64,000 bases of DNA, from assembly GCA_963838925.1 (NCBI GenBank), contig CAWISW010000003.1:320001-384000 (forward strand). The letters are read 5' to 3'. The DNA comes from an uncultured Nitrososphaerota archaeon (GTDB lineage: Archaea; Thermoproteota; Nitrososphaeria; Nitrososphaerales; Gagatemarchaeaceae). Below, one piece after another: positions 9,819-20,671 of the stretch (positions are counted from its first letter, which is position 1; each line of letters starts with the position of its first letter). A program made the position numbers and the translations under genes. Below the pieces are notes generated by a model. It saw only the letters and a list, made by a program, of their open reading frames with translations. It was not told the origin of the DNA and ran no database searches.

Positions 9819-10274
9819 ATGGTTAGCGTAAACGACGTCCCCGCGGACAAGCTCATCGAGCAGCTAGCGGAGCAGCTCAAGCGTGTCCCCGAGATCGAGC
9901 CTCCATCCTGGGCGTCATTCGTCAAGACGGGCTCGCACGCCGACAGGCCTCCCCAAAGGAAGGACTGGTGGTACGTCAGGGCAGCCTCCCTCATGAGGAA
10001 GGTCTACCTCAAGGGCCCCCTCGGGATCGAGAAGCTGGAGATAGTGTACGGCGGGAGCAAGCAGCTCGGCTACTTCCCCAAGCACCACAGGGACGCAGGG
10101 AGCTCTGCGATAAGGAACCTCCTCAAGGGGCTAGAGAAGGCCGAGCTCGTCACAAAGCAGGGGACGAAGGGCAGGGTGCTGACCCCCAAGGGATTCGCGC
10201 TCCTCGACAAGATCAGCAAAGACATTTTTAAGGAACTCGTGAAGCAGAACCCAGCGCTGGAACGGTATAGTTGA
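9819..10274 (+). CDS. rps19e: 30S ribosomal protein S19e
   Basis: WASFVKTG, DWWYVRAASLMRK, GRVLTPKG. Confidence 0.96.
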   Translation: MVSVNDVPADKLIEQLAEQLKRVPEIEPPSWASFVKTGSHADRPPQRKDWWYVRAASLMRKVYLKGPLGIEKLEIVYGGSKQLGYFPKHHRDAGSSAIRNLLKGLEKAELVTKQGTKGRVLTPKGFALLDKISKDIFKELVKQNPALERYS

Positions 10275-10278
10275 TTCT

Positions 10279-10572
10279 ATGATGGACGAGCAGCACAAGG
10301 AGGTTCAGCAAAGGCCCGCCTCGCAAGACGACGCGCAGCGGCGCGCCATGCGCGAGAACGTGATGCGCATAGCCCTGACCTCCGAGGCTCGACAACGGCT
10401 CACCAACGTGAGGATGGTCAAGCCTGACGTCGCCCACGCGATCGAGGAGTACATCATCCAGCTCGTCTCGTCCGGCAGGCTCAAGAGGACCATCGACGAC
10501 GAGCAGCTCAAGGAGCTCCTCTCGAGCATCCAGGGGACGGCCAAGAAGGAATTCAAGATCAGGAGGATTTAG
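10279..10572 (+). CDS. PDCD5-like DNA-binding protein
   Basis: LTSEARQRL.NVRMVKP, IDDEQLKELL, KEFKIRR. Confidence 0.9.
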   Translation: MMDEQHKEVQQRPASQDDAQRRAMRENVMRIALTSEARQRLTNVRMVKPDVAHAIEEYIIQLVSSGRLKRTIDDEQLKELLSSIQGTAKKEFKIRRI

Positions 10573-10578
10573 AGAGAC

Positions 10579-10737
10579 ATGGGAAGAAACAAGGACGCGT
10601 CCAAGAAGAACCGCCTCATGAAGGCGAGGAAGTCGAACTCCTCGGTGCCGACGTGGGTCATCGCCAGGACCAACAGGAAGGTCAGGGCGAACCAGAAGCA
10701 CCGTACTTGGAGAAGGACCAAGCTAGGGTTCAAGTAG
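10579..10737 (+). CDS. rpl39e: 50S ribosomal protein L39e (not in ORF track)
   Basis: [13 protein letters not shown]...[14 protein letters not shown]...WRRTKL. Confidence 0.93.
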   Translation: MGRNKDASKKNRLMKARKSNSSVPTWVIARTNRKVRANQKHRTWRRTKLGFK

Positions 10738-10772
10738 CCCCCGGACTGGCAATAATCAAAGAGTAGACAAAG

Positions 10773-11060
10773 ATGTCCTCCTCAACCAACGTCGAGCCGC
10801 TGACGAGGGTGCACATGGTCCCGCTCAGGCGGGCCTTCGAGGCGCCCAAGTACAGGCGGACCAAGGTGGCGATCAGGGTGATCCGCGAGTTCACGACCCG
10901 CCACATGAAAGCCACCGAGGTCAAGATCGACAAGGAAGTCAACATCCTCCTTTGGTCCAAGGGCATCACGAACCCGCCCAGGCGCATCAAGCTCGAGATG
11001 GAGAGAGACGAGGACGGAGTGGTCTCGGTGCGACTGCCGCCAGCCGAAGAGTCATCCTAA
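10773..11060 (+). CDS. rpl31e: 50S ribosomal protein L31e
   Basis: IREF..RHMK, VKID.EVN..LWSKGITNPPRRI. Confidence 0.95.
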   Translation: MSSSTNVEPLTRVHMVPLRRAFEAPKYRRTKVAIRVIREFTTRHMKATEVKIDKEVNILLWSKGITNPPRRIKLEMERDEDGVVSVRLPPAEESS

Positions 11061-11726
11061 ATGGGTCTTCACCTAGTCGACCTTTACAGAAGCCCTAACA
11101 TCGGAATCTTCCTAAAGGCAAACGACAAGGCCGTCCTCGTCCCCAAGGGGATTGCCGGCACAAAGTCGGAGCGGCTCGCCTCCGACCTTGACGTGGTAGC
11201 CTGCCCAACCTCCGTTGGCGGCACAAGGCTCATAGGCCCTCTCGTCGCCATGAACAACAAGGGAGTGCTCGCCTCCAGGATGATAGAGGACTATGAGATG
11301 GACGAGATAGCCTCGACGACCGGCCTCAAGGTCACAAGGTTCGAGTCGAGGTTTACCGCGGTCGGGAACCTGGTCGCAGCCAACGACCACGGCGCCGTAG
11401 TCTCGCCGGTCTTGGAGCCCCACGCCGTCAAGCAGGTCGAGGACGTCCTCGGCATCAAGACCATCACTATGACCATCGCCGACTACATCCAGGTGGGCGC
11501 CATGGTCGTGGCCACCGACAGCGGCGCGGCGATGTCTCCAAGGGCGGACGAGAAGGAGGCAGAGGAGGTAGCAAGGGTGCTCAAGGTCGAGGTCTCCGCT
11601 TCCTCCGTCAACGGCGGGATACCTTACCCGGCCTCCGGGGTCGTTGCGAACACGAAGAACGCGGTCGTCGGCTATTTGACAACTGGACCCGAACTGATCT
11701 TCCTAACCCGGGCGCTGAACGTCTAG
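11061..11726 (+). CDS. eif6: Translation initiation factor aIF6
   Basis: SPNIGIF, AVGNLVAAND, SVNGG, TTGPEL. Confidence 0.95.
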   Translation: MGLHLVDLYRSPNIGIFLKANDKAVLVPKGIAGTKSERLASDLDVVACPTSVGGTRLIGPLVAMNNKGVLASRMIEDYEMDEIASTTGLKVTRFESRFTAVGNLVAANDHGAVVSPVLEPHAVKQVEDVLGIKTITMTIADYIQVGAMVVATDSGAAMSPRADEKEAEEVARVLKVEVSASSVNGGIPYPASGVVANTKNAVVGYLTTGPELIFLTRALNV

Positions 11727-11782
11727 CTCTCGGCTCAACCGGCACTCACTCTTAAAAAGCCCCGCGAGGCTCGACCCTCAGT

Positions 11783-12232
11783 TTGAGCTCAGAAGAAGAG
11801 AGGATGAACAGGCTCCTCGTCGAGTCCAGGATGCTCGAGAACACCTTCAACGAGTTGACCAACAGGCAGGGCATGCTCGAGAGGATGCTCATCGAGACGC
11901 GCGCCTCGCTTGACACCATCAAGCAGGTCGGCTCGACGGCAACGGAGGAGGTCCTCATCCCCGTCGGGGCGGGTGCGCTGCTCCGAGCGACGCCGCCGAA
12001 GGCCGACAAGGTCTTGATGAGCATAGGCGCCAACGTCGTCGTCGAGAAGAGCAAGGAGGAGGCGGAGAAGCTGCTCGAGGGTAGGTCGAAGGACCTGGAG
12101 GAGAACATCATCGCGATACTCAACCAGAGGAACCAGATCGCGCAGAGGTTGGAGGCTGACCGCAGGACCCTGCAGGCGTTCATCGACAGGCAAGAGCAGA
12201 TGCAACAGGGACAGCCAGGTCAGCCAAGGTAA
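11783..12232 (+). CDS. pfdA: Prefoldin alpha subunit
   Basis: EVLIPVGAG, VLMSIGANVVVEKS flanked by coiled coils. Confidence 0.93.
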   Translation: MSSEEERMNRLLVESRMLENTFNELTNRQGMLERMLIETRASLDTIKQVGSTATEEVLIPVGAGALLRATPPKADKVLMSIGANVVVEKSKEEAEKLLEGRSKDLEENIIAILNQRNQIAQRLEADRRTLQAFIDRQEQMQQGQPGQPR

Positions 12233-13137
12233 TGTTTGAGAAGCTCAGAGGAGCGTTCTCCTCGCTCGCAAAGGCCGTCGCCGAGAAGAAGCTGTCTGAG
12301 AAGGACCTCGACGACTCCCTCTACAACTTCCAGCTCGCCCTGATGGAGAGCGACGTCGCCCAGAACGTGGTCGAGAGCGTCACGGGAGACCTGAAGAAGC
12401 AGCTCCTCGGGCTGTCAGTCGAGCGCTCCAAGGGCTTGGAGGACTTTGTGAAGGAGAAGCTGAGGGGCGAGGTGCTTTCGATCTTCTCTCAGGTGGGAGA
12501 CGTCGACGTGATACAGAGGGTCAAGGACAGCAAGGCGAAGGGCGAACCGTTCAAGATCCTCTTCCTCGGGATAAACGGGACCGGGAAGACGACAACGGTC
12601 GCCAAGTTCGCAAACTACATGAAAAAGAACGGGTTTTCAGTTGTCATCGCCGCGGGAGACACCCACAGGGCGGGGGCAATCGAGCAGGTGAGCGAACACG
12701 CCGAACGCATAGGTGCGAAGGTCGTCGCCCAGAGGTACGGCGCGGACCCCGCAGCCGTGGCAAGGGACGGCGTCCTCTATGCCAAGTCGCACCACATCGA
12801 CGTCGTGCTGATAGACTCCGCGGGGAGGATGCAGACCAACCAGAACCTCATGGAGGAGATGTCCAAGATAGTGAGGGTCGTGAGCCCCGACCTGAAGATA
12901 TTCATCGGCGACTCCCTCGCGGGCAACGACGCGGTCTCCCAGGCGGAACTCTTCAGCAAGTACACCGGGTTCGACGGCGCGATATTGACCAAGGTCGACG
13001 CGGACTCGAAGGGAGGCGCGGCGCTTTCGATAGCCTTCACCACGAAGAGGCCGATCCTCTTCCTGGGGGTGGGGCAGAGCTACGACGACCTCAAGAGGTT
13101 CGACGCGAAGTCGTTCGCCGACTCGCTCGTTAGCTAG
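12232..13137 (+). CDS. ftsY: SRP receptor FtsY
   Basis: GINGTGKTT, DTHRAGA, DSAGR, TKVDADSKGG. Confidence 0.96.
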   Translation: MFEKLRGAFSSLAKAVAEKKLSEKDLDDSLYNFQLALMESDVAQNVVESVTGDLKKQLLGLSVERSKGLEDFVKEKLRGEVLSIFSQVGDVDVIQRVKDSKAKGEPFKILFLGINGTGKTTTVAKFANYMKKNGFSVVIAAGDTHRAGAIEQVSEHAERIGAKVVAQRYGADPAAVARDGVLYAKSHHIDVVLIDSAGRMQTNQNLMEEMSKIVRVVSPDLKIFIGDSLAGNDAVSQAELFSKYTGFDGAILTKVDADSKGGAALSIAFTTKRPILFLGVGQSYDDLKRFDAKSFADSLVS

Positions 13138-13153
13138 GGATTCTTCGAAGCGA

Positions 13154-13459
13154 CTAGAAGTCCGCGAACAGGTACCTGTCTAGGTTGACCCTGCCTGCAG
13201 ACACCTTGACGCCCTCGCGCGCGAGCAGCTTCGCCTTTGTCGCAGGACCTTCGCCCCCGGAGTATCCTCCGAGGACCCCGTCCGCCCTCACGACGCGGTG
13301 GCAAGGCACCACTATCGGGTTGGTGTTGGCGCCTAACGCGTTCCCCACCGCCCTCGCCGCCTTGGGGGAGCCTATCGCCTTGGCGATCGCCCCGTAGGTC
13401 GTCACCTTTCCCATCGGGATCAGCGACGTCACCGCATAGACTGACTGGTTGAAGTTCAT
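13154..13459 (-). CDS. ogt: O6-alkylguanine-DNA alkyltransferase (MGMT/Ogt)
   Basis: TYG.IA, ARAVG, PCHRVV. Confidence 0.9.
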   Translation of the reverse strand: MNFNQSVYAVTSLIPMGKVTTYGAIAKAIGSPKAARAVGNALGANTNPIVVPCHRVVRADGVLGGYSGGEGPATKAKLLAREGVKVSAGRVNLDRYLFADF

Positions 13460-13464
13460 TGGTC

Positions 13465-14301
13465 TCAAACGCGCACCACTTCTAGAGCGAATTGTTTGGC
13501 GAGCAATATTATCTTTTCCCTATTCGCCCCGGTGCCCTTCCAGTCCACGAACACGTAGCGGGGGAACTTCGACGTCCTCTGGATCAGCTGCCCGAACATC
13601 TCCCCGTCTATCCACTCGAGGTAGTGCTTCGCGACCACCGCCGAGAGCGCGTACTCGCCCTCGAGGAGGATTTTGTTGAACTTCTGCGGGTAGTGTGTCC
13701 CGCCAAACGCGAGCCCCACCTTGTCCCAGCTCTTCCCGGAGGTCAAGGAAGACATGAGGGCGTCGGCGATGACCTCGGCCGCGTGGGCGTCTCCCCACTG
13801 CTTCTCGGTCGTGCCCAACTCCACGAAGAGGACGGGCCTCCTCAACGAAGTGGGGCCGTGGTGGGTCGCCTCGATGGTCACGTCGTAGCCCTCGAGTTGG
13901 GACTTCCTCTCGTTAAGCGCGATGAGGTAGTTCTTCTGGAGGTCGGGGTCGATCGCCCCCACTTCCCTCGGATTGGCCCCGAGGACGGCCTTGTCGGTGA
14001 AGTTTCCGGTGGTGTGGACGGTGAGCGCAGGGATTCCGGACTCGGCCCTGTGCGTCGAGAGGAAGATGTAGGCCTTGGGCTTGAAGATGGAGTCGAGGTC
14101 CGGCGGCTCGATTATCTCGCTGTCTATCGTCGCGAGGATGATGGAGTCCTTCTGGTAGAGGTCGCTGGATTCGAACCTGATTCCCGTGGAGACGAACCCT
14201 TGCTTCCGGATGAGGGCCGAGGCCATGGTCCTCGAAGCCAGGTTCTTTGACGACGCCACAAGCACGAAGGTCGGATTGCTTGCAGGCTGAGGCATGGCCA
14301 T
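13465..14301 (-). CDS. dtdA: Archaeal D-aminoacyl-tRNA deacylase
   Basis: FLSTH, LTVHTTGN, EATHHGPT, FVELG, GGTHY. Confidence 0.92.
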   Translation of the reverse strand: MAMPQPASNPTFVLVASSKNLASRTMASALIRKQGFVSTGIRFESSDLYQKDSIILATIDSEIIEPPDLDSIFKPKAYIFLSTHRAESGIPALTVHTTGNFTDKAVLGANPREVGAIDPDLQKNYLIALNERKSQLEGYDVTIEATHHGPTSLRRPVLFVELGTTEKQWGDAHAAEVIADALMSSLTSGKSWDKVGLAFGGTHYPQKFNKILLEGEYALSAVVAKHYLEWIDGEMFGQLIQRTSKFPRYVFVDWKGTGANREKIILLAKQFALEVVRV

Positions 14302-14430
14302 CTTGCGTCGCCCTCGCCGGCAAACCGCGCGCAAAAAGGTTAGCTGGCCACGATAGTCGGAGCTTGCCATCGAAAGGGGCCTAACAAGCCATATAAACAC
14401 CTCCGGGAGTTGGGGCTCCAGTAATCCACA

Positions 14431-14607
14431 TTGGGCATCAGCGACTTCCTCCGGTCAATGGCCTCCGTCATCAAGCTCTCCAGGAAGAGCGACCGCGAGG
14501 AGTTCTTCCTCTACCTCAAGCTCGTCGTCCTAGGGCTGGGCGTGGTCGGCGTCATCGGCTTCCTCGTGAAGCTCATGTCCACGGCGCTCCCGACGATCTT
14601 CGGTTAG
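14431..14607 (+). CDS. secE: Protein translocase SecE/Sec61-gamma (not in ORF track)
   Basis: TTG start, MGISDFLRSMASVIKLSRKSDREEF plus one TM (GVIGF); upstream of spt5. Confidence 0.9.
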   Translation: MGISDFLRSMASVIKLSRKSDREEFFLYLKLVVLGLGVVGVIGFLVKLMSTALPTIFG

Positions 14608-14628
14608 ACAAGGGAGACTGAGAGTAAA

Positions 14629-15123
14629 TTGTCATCGTCAGCGACCACGGAGCAGAAGCAGACATCAATCTATCCGGTCAAGACCACCGGCGGGCAGGAG
14701 CGGACAGTGGCAACCTTCGTGGCCGAGAGGGCCAAGCAAAAGGCCAAGCCCATCTATTCTATCCTCGCGCTCGACACCTGGAAGGGTTACGTGCTCTTCG
14801 AGGCCCCGAACTCGCAAGTGGTCGACGAGAGCATCCAGGGGTTCAAGCACATCAGGAGCAAGATCCCAGGGATGATGCAGTTCTCCGACATCGAGAAGTT
14901 CCTGGTTACCAAGTCGATGGTCGCGGAGCTCGGAGAGGGCGACACGGTCGAGATAGTCGCAGGACCTTTCAAGGGGATGAGGGCCAAGATCACCAGGATC
15001 GAGCAGGCGAAGCAGGAGATCACGGTGGTCCTTGTCGACACGCCCTACCAGATGCCAGTCACGCTCAACGCGGGCTACACGAAGGTTGTAGAGAAGGCCA
15101 AGCCTGCGGCCGAGAAGACCTAG
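14629..15123 (+). CDS. spt5: Transcription elongation factor Spt5/NusG
   Basis: TTGGQE, KGYVLFE, KOW motif GDTVEIVAGPFKG. Confidence 0.95.
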   Translation: MSSSATTEQKQTSIYPVKTTGGQERTVATFVAERAKQKAKPIYSILALDTWKGYVLFEAPNSQVVDESIQGFKHIRSKIPGMMQFSDIEKFLVTKSMVAELGEGDTVEIVAGPFKGMRAKITRIEQAKQEITVVLVDTPYQMPVTLNAGYTKVVEKAKPAAEKT

Positions 15124-15183
15124 GCGCTAGGCAAACACTTTAATCGGGTTGCCCCTCGGGCGGGAAGAACAAGGTAGAGGAAG

Positions 15184-15681
15184 TTGGCTGAAAAGAAGAT
15201 AGTTTCTGTTCTCGTAATGGGCGGAGAGGCCAGCGCAGGCGCGCCACTGGGCCCTCAGCTGGGCCCCCTCGGCGTCAACGTGCTGGGCATCGTCAACGAG
15301 ATCAACAAGGTCACAGCCGACTTCAAGGGGATGCGCGTCCCCGTAAAGATCGAGGTCGACCCCGAGACCAAGGCCTTCTCAGTCGCAGTCGGAACCCCGA
15401 CCACCTCGGCGCTGGTGGTCAAGGAGGCGGGCGTCCCCAAGGGCTCAGGGAAGCCCAACACAGACCTGGTGGGGAACATGACCTTCGACAAGGTCCTCAA
15501 CATCGCGAAGATCAAGATGGGCGACTCGTACGCCAAGTCGATAAAGTCAGCGGTGAGGGAGGTCGTAGGAACCTGCGTCAGCATGGGGATTAAGGTCGAG
15601 AACACAGACCCCCGCCTCTTCATGAAGGAGATAGAGAGCGGCAAGTGGGACCCGCCCATCACGGCCTTCGAAGCGAAGTAG
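15184..15681 (+). CDS. rpl11: 50S ribosomal protein L11
   Basis: GAPLGPQLGPLG, GTPTTSAL, GTCVSMG. Confidence 0.96.
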   Translation: MAEKKIVSVLVMGGEASAGAPLGPQLGPLGVNVLGIVNEINKVTADFKGMRVPVKIEVDPETKAFSVAVGTPTTSALVVKEAGVPKGSGKPNTDLVGNMTFDKVLNIAKIKMGDSYAKSIKSAVREVVGTCVSMGIKVENTDPRLFMKEIESGKWDPPITAFEAK

Positions 15682-15775
15682 CCGCGCCACTCGCAAGACG
15701 ACCGGAAGCTCCCTTGCAACCCGAAACTCTTTTAAGAAGAATTTTGAGGCTCGTTCAGGCTTTAGGGGATTCGGG

Positions 15776-16429
15776 TTGCTTTCAAACGTCCAGATAGCAG
15801 AATTGGTCAAGAAGGGGAAAGAGTCGAAGGAGAGGAAGTTCCCCGAGTCCGTAGAGGCTTTCCTGACCTTCAGGGACGTCGACCCGAAGAAGGTTGACCT
15901 CAACATCAACGAGACGGTCTACCTTCCGCATCCGGGTTCTCGGCGCGCCTCGATATGCTTCGTGGGCTCCGGCGACCTGCTCCTCAGGGCCAAGAACGCG
16001 AAGGTCGACGGCGTCATCGAGCCGGCCCAACTTGAGAGTTACGCAGGTAACAAGAAGGAGGCGAAGGGCCTCGCGAGGCAGTACGACTTCTTCCTCGCTG
16101 ATACGGCGCTCATGCCAAGGATCGGCAGGATCCTTGGCCAGTACCTCGGCCCGCGAGGCAAGATCCCGACGCCCGTGCCGCCGAACGCCCAGATCGAGGC
16201 GATGATCAACAGGACGAGAGGCGCCATCCGCGTCAGGAGCAGAGGGGCTCTTGGCATAGGAGGCCTGGTGGGCGACAAGAAGCTCTCCGACCCGGAGATT
16301 GCCGATAACATCGTAGCAATGATCCAGGCCGTCCAGAAGAAGCTCCCCAACGGCGACAAGAACATCCGGACCGTGGGCGTGAAGACGAGCATGGGGAAGC
16401 TCGCAAAGGTCAAGGTCGAAGAAAGTTGA
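15776..16429 (+). CDS. rpl1: 50S ribosomal protein L1
   Basis: RKFPESVE, LGPRGKIP, VKTSMG. Confidence 0.96.
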   Translation: MLSNVQIAELVKKGKESKERKFPESVEAFLTFRDVDPKKVDLNINETVYLPHPGSRRASICFVGSGDLLLRAKNAKVDGVIEPAQLESYAGNKKEAKGLARQYDFFLADTALMPRIGRILGQYLGPRGKIPTPVPPNAQIEAMINRTRGAIRVRSRGALGIGGLVGDKKLSDPEIADNIVAMIQAVQKKLPNGDKNIRTVGVKTSMGKLAKVKVEES

Positions 16430-17331
16430 GCCAGCAGGCCCAGGTCCAGAAGCGCGAGCCCAGCGACGAGAAGAAGGCGGCGGTCGACCGCATCGCCAAG
16501 CTCGCGAAGGACTACCCCGTCCTGGCAGTCACGAAGCTCTCGAAGGTGAGGTCGGCCCAGCTCATGGCCGTGAGGAAGGTCCTCAGGGGCCAGGCAGAGA
16601 TCGTCGTGGTCAAGAACAAGCTCGCCATATTAGGGCTGAAGCGCGCCGGACTCAAGAACGCGGACGAGCTCCTCAAGAACCTCGAGGGGCAGAACGCGCT
16701 GATATTCTCCAAGCTCGACCCGTTCAAGCTCTTCCTCATGCTCGAGAAGAACAGGGTCAACCTCGGCGCGAGGGCCGGGGACATCGCCCCAACTGACATC
16801 GTAATCCCCGCCGGGAACACGGGCCAGCAGGCAGGGCCCGTCCTGAGCGAGTTCAGGGAAGCCGGCATCACGACCAAGATCGAGGCAGGCAGCATCCAGG
16901 TGGTCAAGGACGCCGTCGTCGCCAAGCCGGGCACCGTCATCTCGCCGAAGCTCGCCAGCTTGCTCTCAAGGCTCGGTATCAAGCCGATCCGCGCCGGGCT
17001 CGCAATCGCGCTCGCGTACGAGGGCGGCCTGATCTACGGCGCAGAAGCGGTGGCGATAGACCTCGACAAGTACCGCGCCAGCCTGATGGAGGGCTTCTCG
17101 TCCGCCAAGGGACTGTCGATAATCATCGGCTACGTCACCAAGGAGACGGCTCCGGACATCATCGCAAAGGCGTACCGCGAGGCGCTTGCCGTCGCAGTGG
17201 AAGCGGGAGAGATAACGAAGGAGAGCGCCCCGGTGATACTAGGCAAGGCCGAGGCCGAGGCCAACGCCGTGGAGGCCAAGGCCAAAGAGAAGGGCTACGG
17301 TCAGGCACCTGCGGCCGCGCCCGCTGCGTAA
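16426..17331 (+). CDS. rpl10: 50S ribosomal protein L10 (P0)
   Basis: VVKNKL, GDIAPTDIVIPAGNTG; L11-L1-L10 order. Confidence 0.95.
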   Translation: MSQQAQVQKREPSDEKKAAVDRIAKLAKDYPVLAVTKLSKVRSAQLMAVRKVLRGQAEIVVVKNKLAILGLKRAGLKNADELLKNLEGQNALIFSKLDPFKLFLMLEKNRVNLGARAGDIAPTDIVIPAGNTGQQAGPVLSEFREAGITTKIEAGSIQVVKDAVVAKPGTVISPKLASLLSRLGIKPIRAGLAIALAYEGGLIYGAEAVAIDLDKYRASLMEGFSSAKGLSIIIGYVTKETAPDIIAKAYREALAVAVEAGEITKESAPVILGKAEAEANAVEAKAKEKGYGQAPAAAPAA

Positions 17332-17451
17332 CCCAACGACCCCAGCTCCAACCGAGACGCCTGACTCTGGATTCTTAGCCCCCGAGTTTCACTTTCGAGA
17401 CCTCACGGTCGGTCTGAGAAAATACCGTAGAAGTGAATGCTTCGCGCGAGT

Positions 17452-17757
17452 CTAGCCGAAGAGCGATGCCAGGCCTGCGAGGGCCTCCTCTTCCTTCTTC
17501 TCCTCTACCTTGGGCTTCTCTTCCGTCTTTGCCGCTGCTGGGCCAGCTGCTGCCGGTGCCGCTGCTACCGCCATCGTCGCCGCGCTCTTGAGAGCCTCGT
17601 CGATGTTGACTTCGCTTAACGCTGATGCGAGCGCCTTGACCTTGACCGTGTCTACGTCGACGCCGGCGGCCTTGACCACGCTCGTGAGGCCCGCCTCGTC
17701 GACCTTCTTCCCCGCCTTGTGAAGCATCAATGCCGCATACATGTACGAATCCGTCAT
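17452..17757 (-). CDS. rpl12: 50S ribosomal protein L12 (aP1)
   Basis: [12 protein letters not shown], Ala hinge, [13 protein letters not shown]. Confidence 0.95.
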   Translation of the reverse strand: MTDSYMYAALMLHKAGKKVDEAGLTSVVKAAGVDVDTVKVKALASALSEVNIDEALKSAATMAVAAAPAAAGPAAAKTEEKPKVEEKKEEEALAGLASLFG

Positions 17758-17912
17758 TTGGAAATCCAAACTCGCCATCCATCTACCGCTTTTATAGTTT
17801 TTGCTGCGAAACGGAGCCCGGTGCCCCTTCGCTCTCGTAGAGCCGTGAAACGGGCGCAATCCCCCGAATCTGTTTATTACCTTCGCGACGAGGCAGCGAG
17901 GCAGAGAAGCAG

Positions 17913-20660
17913 ATGAAGAGCCCGAAGGAGATACTTCAGGAGAGGTTCTCCAGCGAGTACGAGAAGTACTATGGCGTCGAGCTCTTCGAGAAGAAGGGGT
18001 TCACGAGGAAGAAGTGCACGAACTGCGGCAAGCACTTCTGGACGCTGAGGCCCGAAAGGACAATCTGCGACGACTCGACCTGCTCTCCTTACACTTTCAT
18101 CGGAGACCCGCCCACTAAGAAGAGGCTCGACTACATCTCCGCGTGGAAGGCGGTCGAGAAGTTCTTCGTGAAGAACGGGCACACGAGCGTGCCGCGATAC
18201 CCCGTCGTGAGCAGGTGGAGGCCCGACCTCTTCTTCACGGTCGCATCGATAGTCGACTTCCAGAGGATAGAGGCGGGCAAGGTCGTCTTCGAGCTCCCCT
18301 ACAACCCGCTCGTCGTTCCGCAGATGTGCCTCCGCTTCAACGACATCCCTAGCGTCGGGGTGAGCGGGAAGCACGGCACCTCCTTCTGCATGATAGGGCA
18401 GACGGCTGTGGACAACAAGGAGGGCTACTGGAAGGACAAGTGCATCGACCTCGACTTTGAGATGCTCACGAAGGAGTTCGGGATCCCCGACGACGAGATC
18501 TCCTTCGTCGAGAGCGTGTGGGTCGGCGCGGGCGCCTTCGGCTACTCCCTAGAGTACTTCGTGAGGGGACTCGAGCTGGGCAACGCCGTCTTCACCGCGT
18601 ACGAGGGCGACCCATCGAAGTACACGGAGATGGGCGAGAAGGTCGTGGACATGGGGGCAGGGCTCGAGAGGCTCTCATGGATGACCCAGGGCACGCCCAC
18701 CTACTACGACACCGCCTTCGCCCCCGTCCTGGCGCAGATGAAGGACAGGTTCGACATCCACTACGACGAGGAGCTCTTCGAGAGATACTCCAGGCTGGCG
18801 GGCGCGATGAACCTCGACGAGTATCCGACCCTCGCGGAGGCGAGGAAGGTCATCGCGAAGAGCCTCAACGTCGAGCCCGAGCTCATCACGAAGCAGCTGG
18901 GCCCAATCGAGGCGATGTACGCGATAGCGGACCACACGCGGACGCTCCTCTTCGCGATAGCAGACGGCCTGGCCCCTAGCAACGTGGGCGGCGGATACAA
19001 CCTCCGCGTCCTCTTCAGGAGGGCGGAGGCGTTCATCAACCAGAACGGGTGGAAGGTAGACATGGCGGAGGTCGTGAGCTGGCACATAGACCACCTCGCC
19101 AAGATGTACCCCGAGCTCGAGTCGCACCGCGAGGACGTCGCGAAGGTGCTCACGGTCGAGACGGCACGCTACGGGACCTCGATGCAGCGGATCTCCAGGA
19201 CCGTGTCTGCCCTCGCAAGCTCGAAGAAGGAGCTCGGAAAGGACGACCTCGTCACGCTATACGAGTCGGAGGGCATCACGCCCGAGCAGCTCATCGACGG
19301 CGGCGTCAAGGTCTCGCTCCCCGAGGACTTTTACCAGCGGGTCGTCGCAAAGCACGTCTCGCAGAAGCTGGACCAGAAGAAGGACCAGTTCGACATCTCA
19401 GGCCTCCCGGACACTCGCCTCCTCTACTACGAGGACGGAGAGAAGTTCGACTTCGAGGCGAAGGTGCTCAGGGTGTTCCCCGGCGGCTACGTCGCTCTGG
19501 ACCAGACGGCGTTCTACCCGAGGGGCGGCGGTCAGGAGCCCGACCACGGAACTCTAGGCGCGAAGAAGGTCCTCGACGTCGAGAAGATAGGCGCGGTCGT
19601 GGTCCACAAGCTGGAGGGCGGCACCCCCGCGGAGGGCTCGAGGGTCGTAGGGAACGTCAACTCCATGAGGAGGCAGAAGATCCGGCGCATACACACAGCG
19701 ACGCACCTGCTCAACGGCGCTTCGAGGCACGTGCTCGGCCCATGGGTGTGGCAGCACTCCGCCTTCAAGGAGGAGGACTATGGGAGGCTGGACATCACCC
19801 ACTTCGCGAAGCTCACCGACGACGACGTCAGGAAGATCGAGGACACCGCGAACGACATGGTGATGAAGAACTTCCCGGTCGTCGTCTCGTACCTTCCGCG
19901 CAAGGAGGCGGAGGCGAAGTACGGGTTCAGGCTCTTCCAAGGAGGAGTGGTGCCCTCCAAGATCCTGAGGATAGTCAACATAGCCGACTGGGACGTGGAG
20001 GCGTGCGGAGGGACGCACACCAACACCACAGGGCAGGTGGGCTTCATCAAGGTCATGAGGACGGAGAGGATCCAGGACGGCGTCGAGAGGCTGGTCTTCG
20101 TCGCCGGTTACCCCGCGGTGGGGTACGTCCAGCAGATGGACTCGACGGTCGACCAGGTGTCGTCCATCCTCAACACACAGCGTGAGAACATCGTGAAGGT
20201 CCTCGCCTCGATGAAGCAGGAGCTCGACGAGACCTCGAAGAGGGAGAAGGCGCTGGGCGAGAAGCTGATAGGGGCCTCAGCGTCGAAGCTCATATCCTCT
20301 GCGACCCCCATCGAGGGGACAAACGGACGCAAGGCAATGCTTTATGTCTCCCTCGACGTAGACATGAGCGAAGAACTGATTGTTAACCAGGGCGCGAAGC
20401 TAGTCAAGGAAGAACCCTCCCTAGTGTATGCGAGCATCGCGCCCCGCGGCAATTCGACAAGACTGATCTGCTTCGTAGGTCCCAAGGCCAAGGAGGCCGG
20501 CGTAGCCGCGGACGCCCTCGTGAGGGAGCTCGCAAAGGCCTGCGGCGGCTCCGGAGGCGGCACCAAGGACTTCGCACAGGGAGGCGGCCCTAAGGCCATC
20601 GAAGCTACCGCCGCCAAGGACCTGCTGTCGAGATCAATCTCAGGGACCATCGGGAGGTAG
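17913..20660 (+). CDS. alaS: Alanine--tRNA ligase
   Basis: [27 protein letters not shown], editing HTATH...CGGTH, C-Ala GGGG motif. Confidence 0.97.
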   Translation: MKSPKEILQERFSSEYEKYYGVELFEKKGFTRKKCTNCGKHFWTLRPERTICDDSTCSPYTFIGDPPTKKRLDYISAWKAVEKFFVKNGHTSVPRYPVVSRWRPDLFFTVASIVDFQRIEAGKVVFELPYNPLVVPQMCLRFNDIPSVGVSGKHGTSFCMIGQTAVDNKEGYWKDKCIDLDFEMLTKEFGIPDDEISFVESVWVGAGAFGYSLEYFVRGLELGNAVFTAYEGDPSKYTEMGEKVVDMGAGLERLSWMTQGTPTYYDTAFAPVLAQMKDRFDIHYDEELFERYSRLAGAMNLDEYPTLAEARKVIAKSLNVEPELITKQLGPIEAMYAIADHTRTLLFAIADGLAPSNVGGGYNLRVLFRRAEAFINQNGWKVDMAEVVSWHIDHLAKMYPELESHREDVAKVLTVETARYGTSMQRISRTVSALASSKKELGKDDLVTLYESEGITPEQLIDGGVKVSLPEDFYQRVVAKHVSQKLDQKKDQFDISGLPDTRLLYYEDGEKFDFEAKVLRVFPGGYVALDQTAFYPRGGGQEPDHGTLGAKKVLDVEKIGAVVVHKLEGGTPAEGSRVVGNVNSMRRQKIRRIHTATHLLNGASRHVLGPWVWQHSAFKEEDYGRLDITHFAKLTDDDVRKIEDTANDMVMKNFPVVVSYLPRKEAEAKYGFRLFQGGVVPSKILRIVNIADWDVEACGGTHTNTTGQVGFIKVMRTERIQDGVERLVFVAGYPAVGYVQQMDSTVDQVSSILNTQRENIVKVLASMKQELDETSKREKALGEKLIGASASKLISSATPIEGTNGRKAMLYVSLDVDMSEELIVNQGAKLVKEEPSLVYASIAPRGNSTRLICFVGPKAKEAGVAADALVRELAKACGGSGGGTKDFAQGGGPKAIEATAAKDLLSRSISGTIGR

Positions 20661-20671
20661 AAGAGGGCAGC

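Noticed and set aside
9454-9831. 125-aa ORF in the ORF track
   Set aside because: Wrong frame; Rpp21 is encoded in the overlapping frame 9470-9769.
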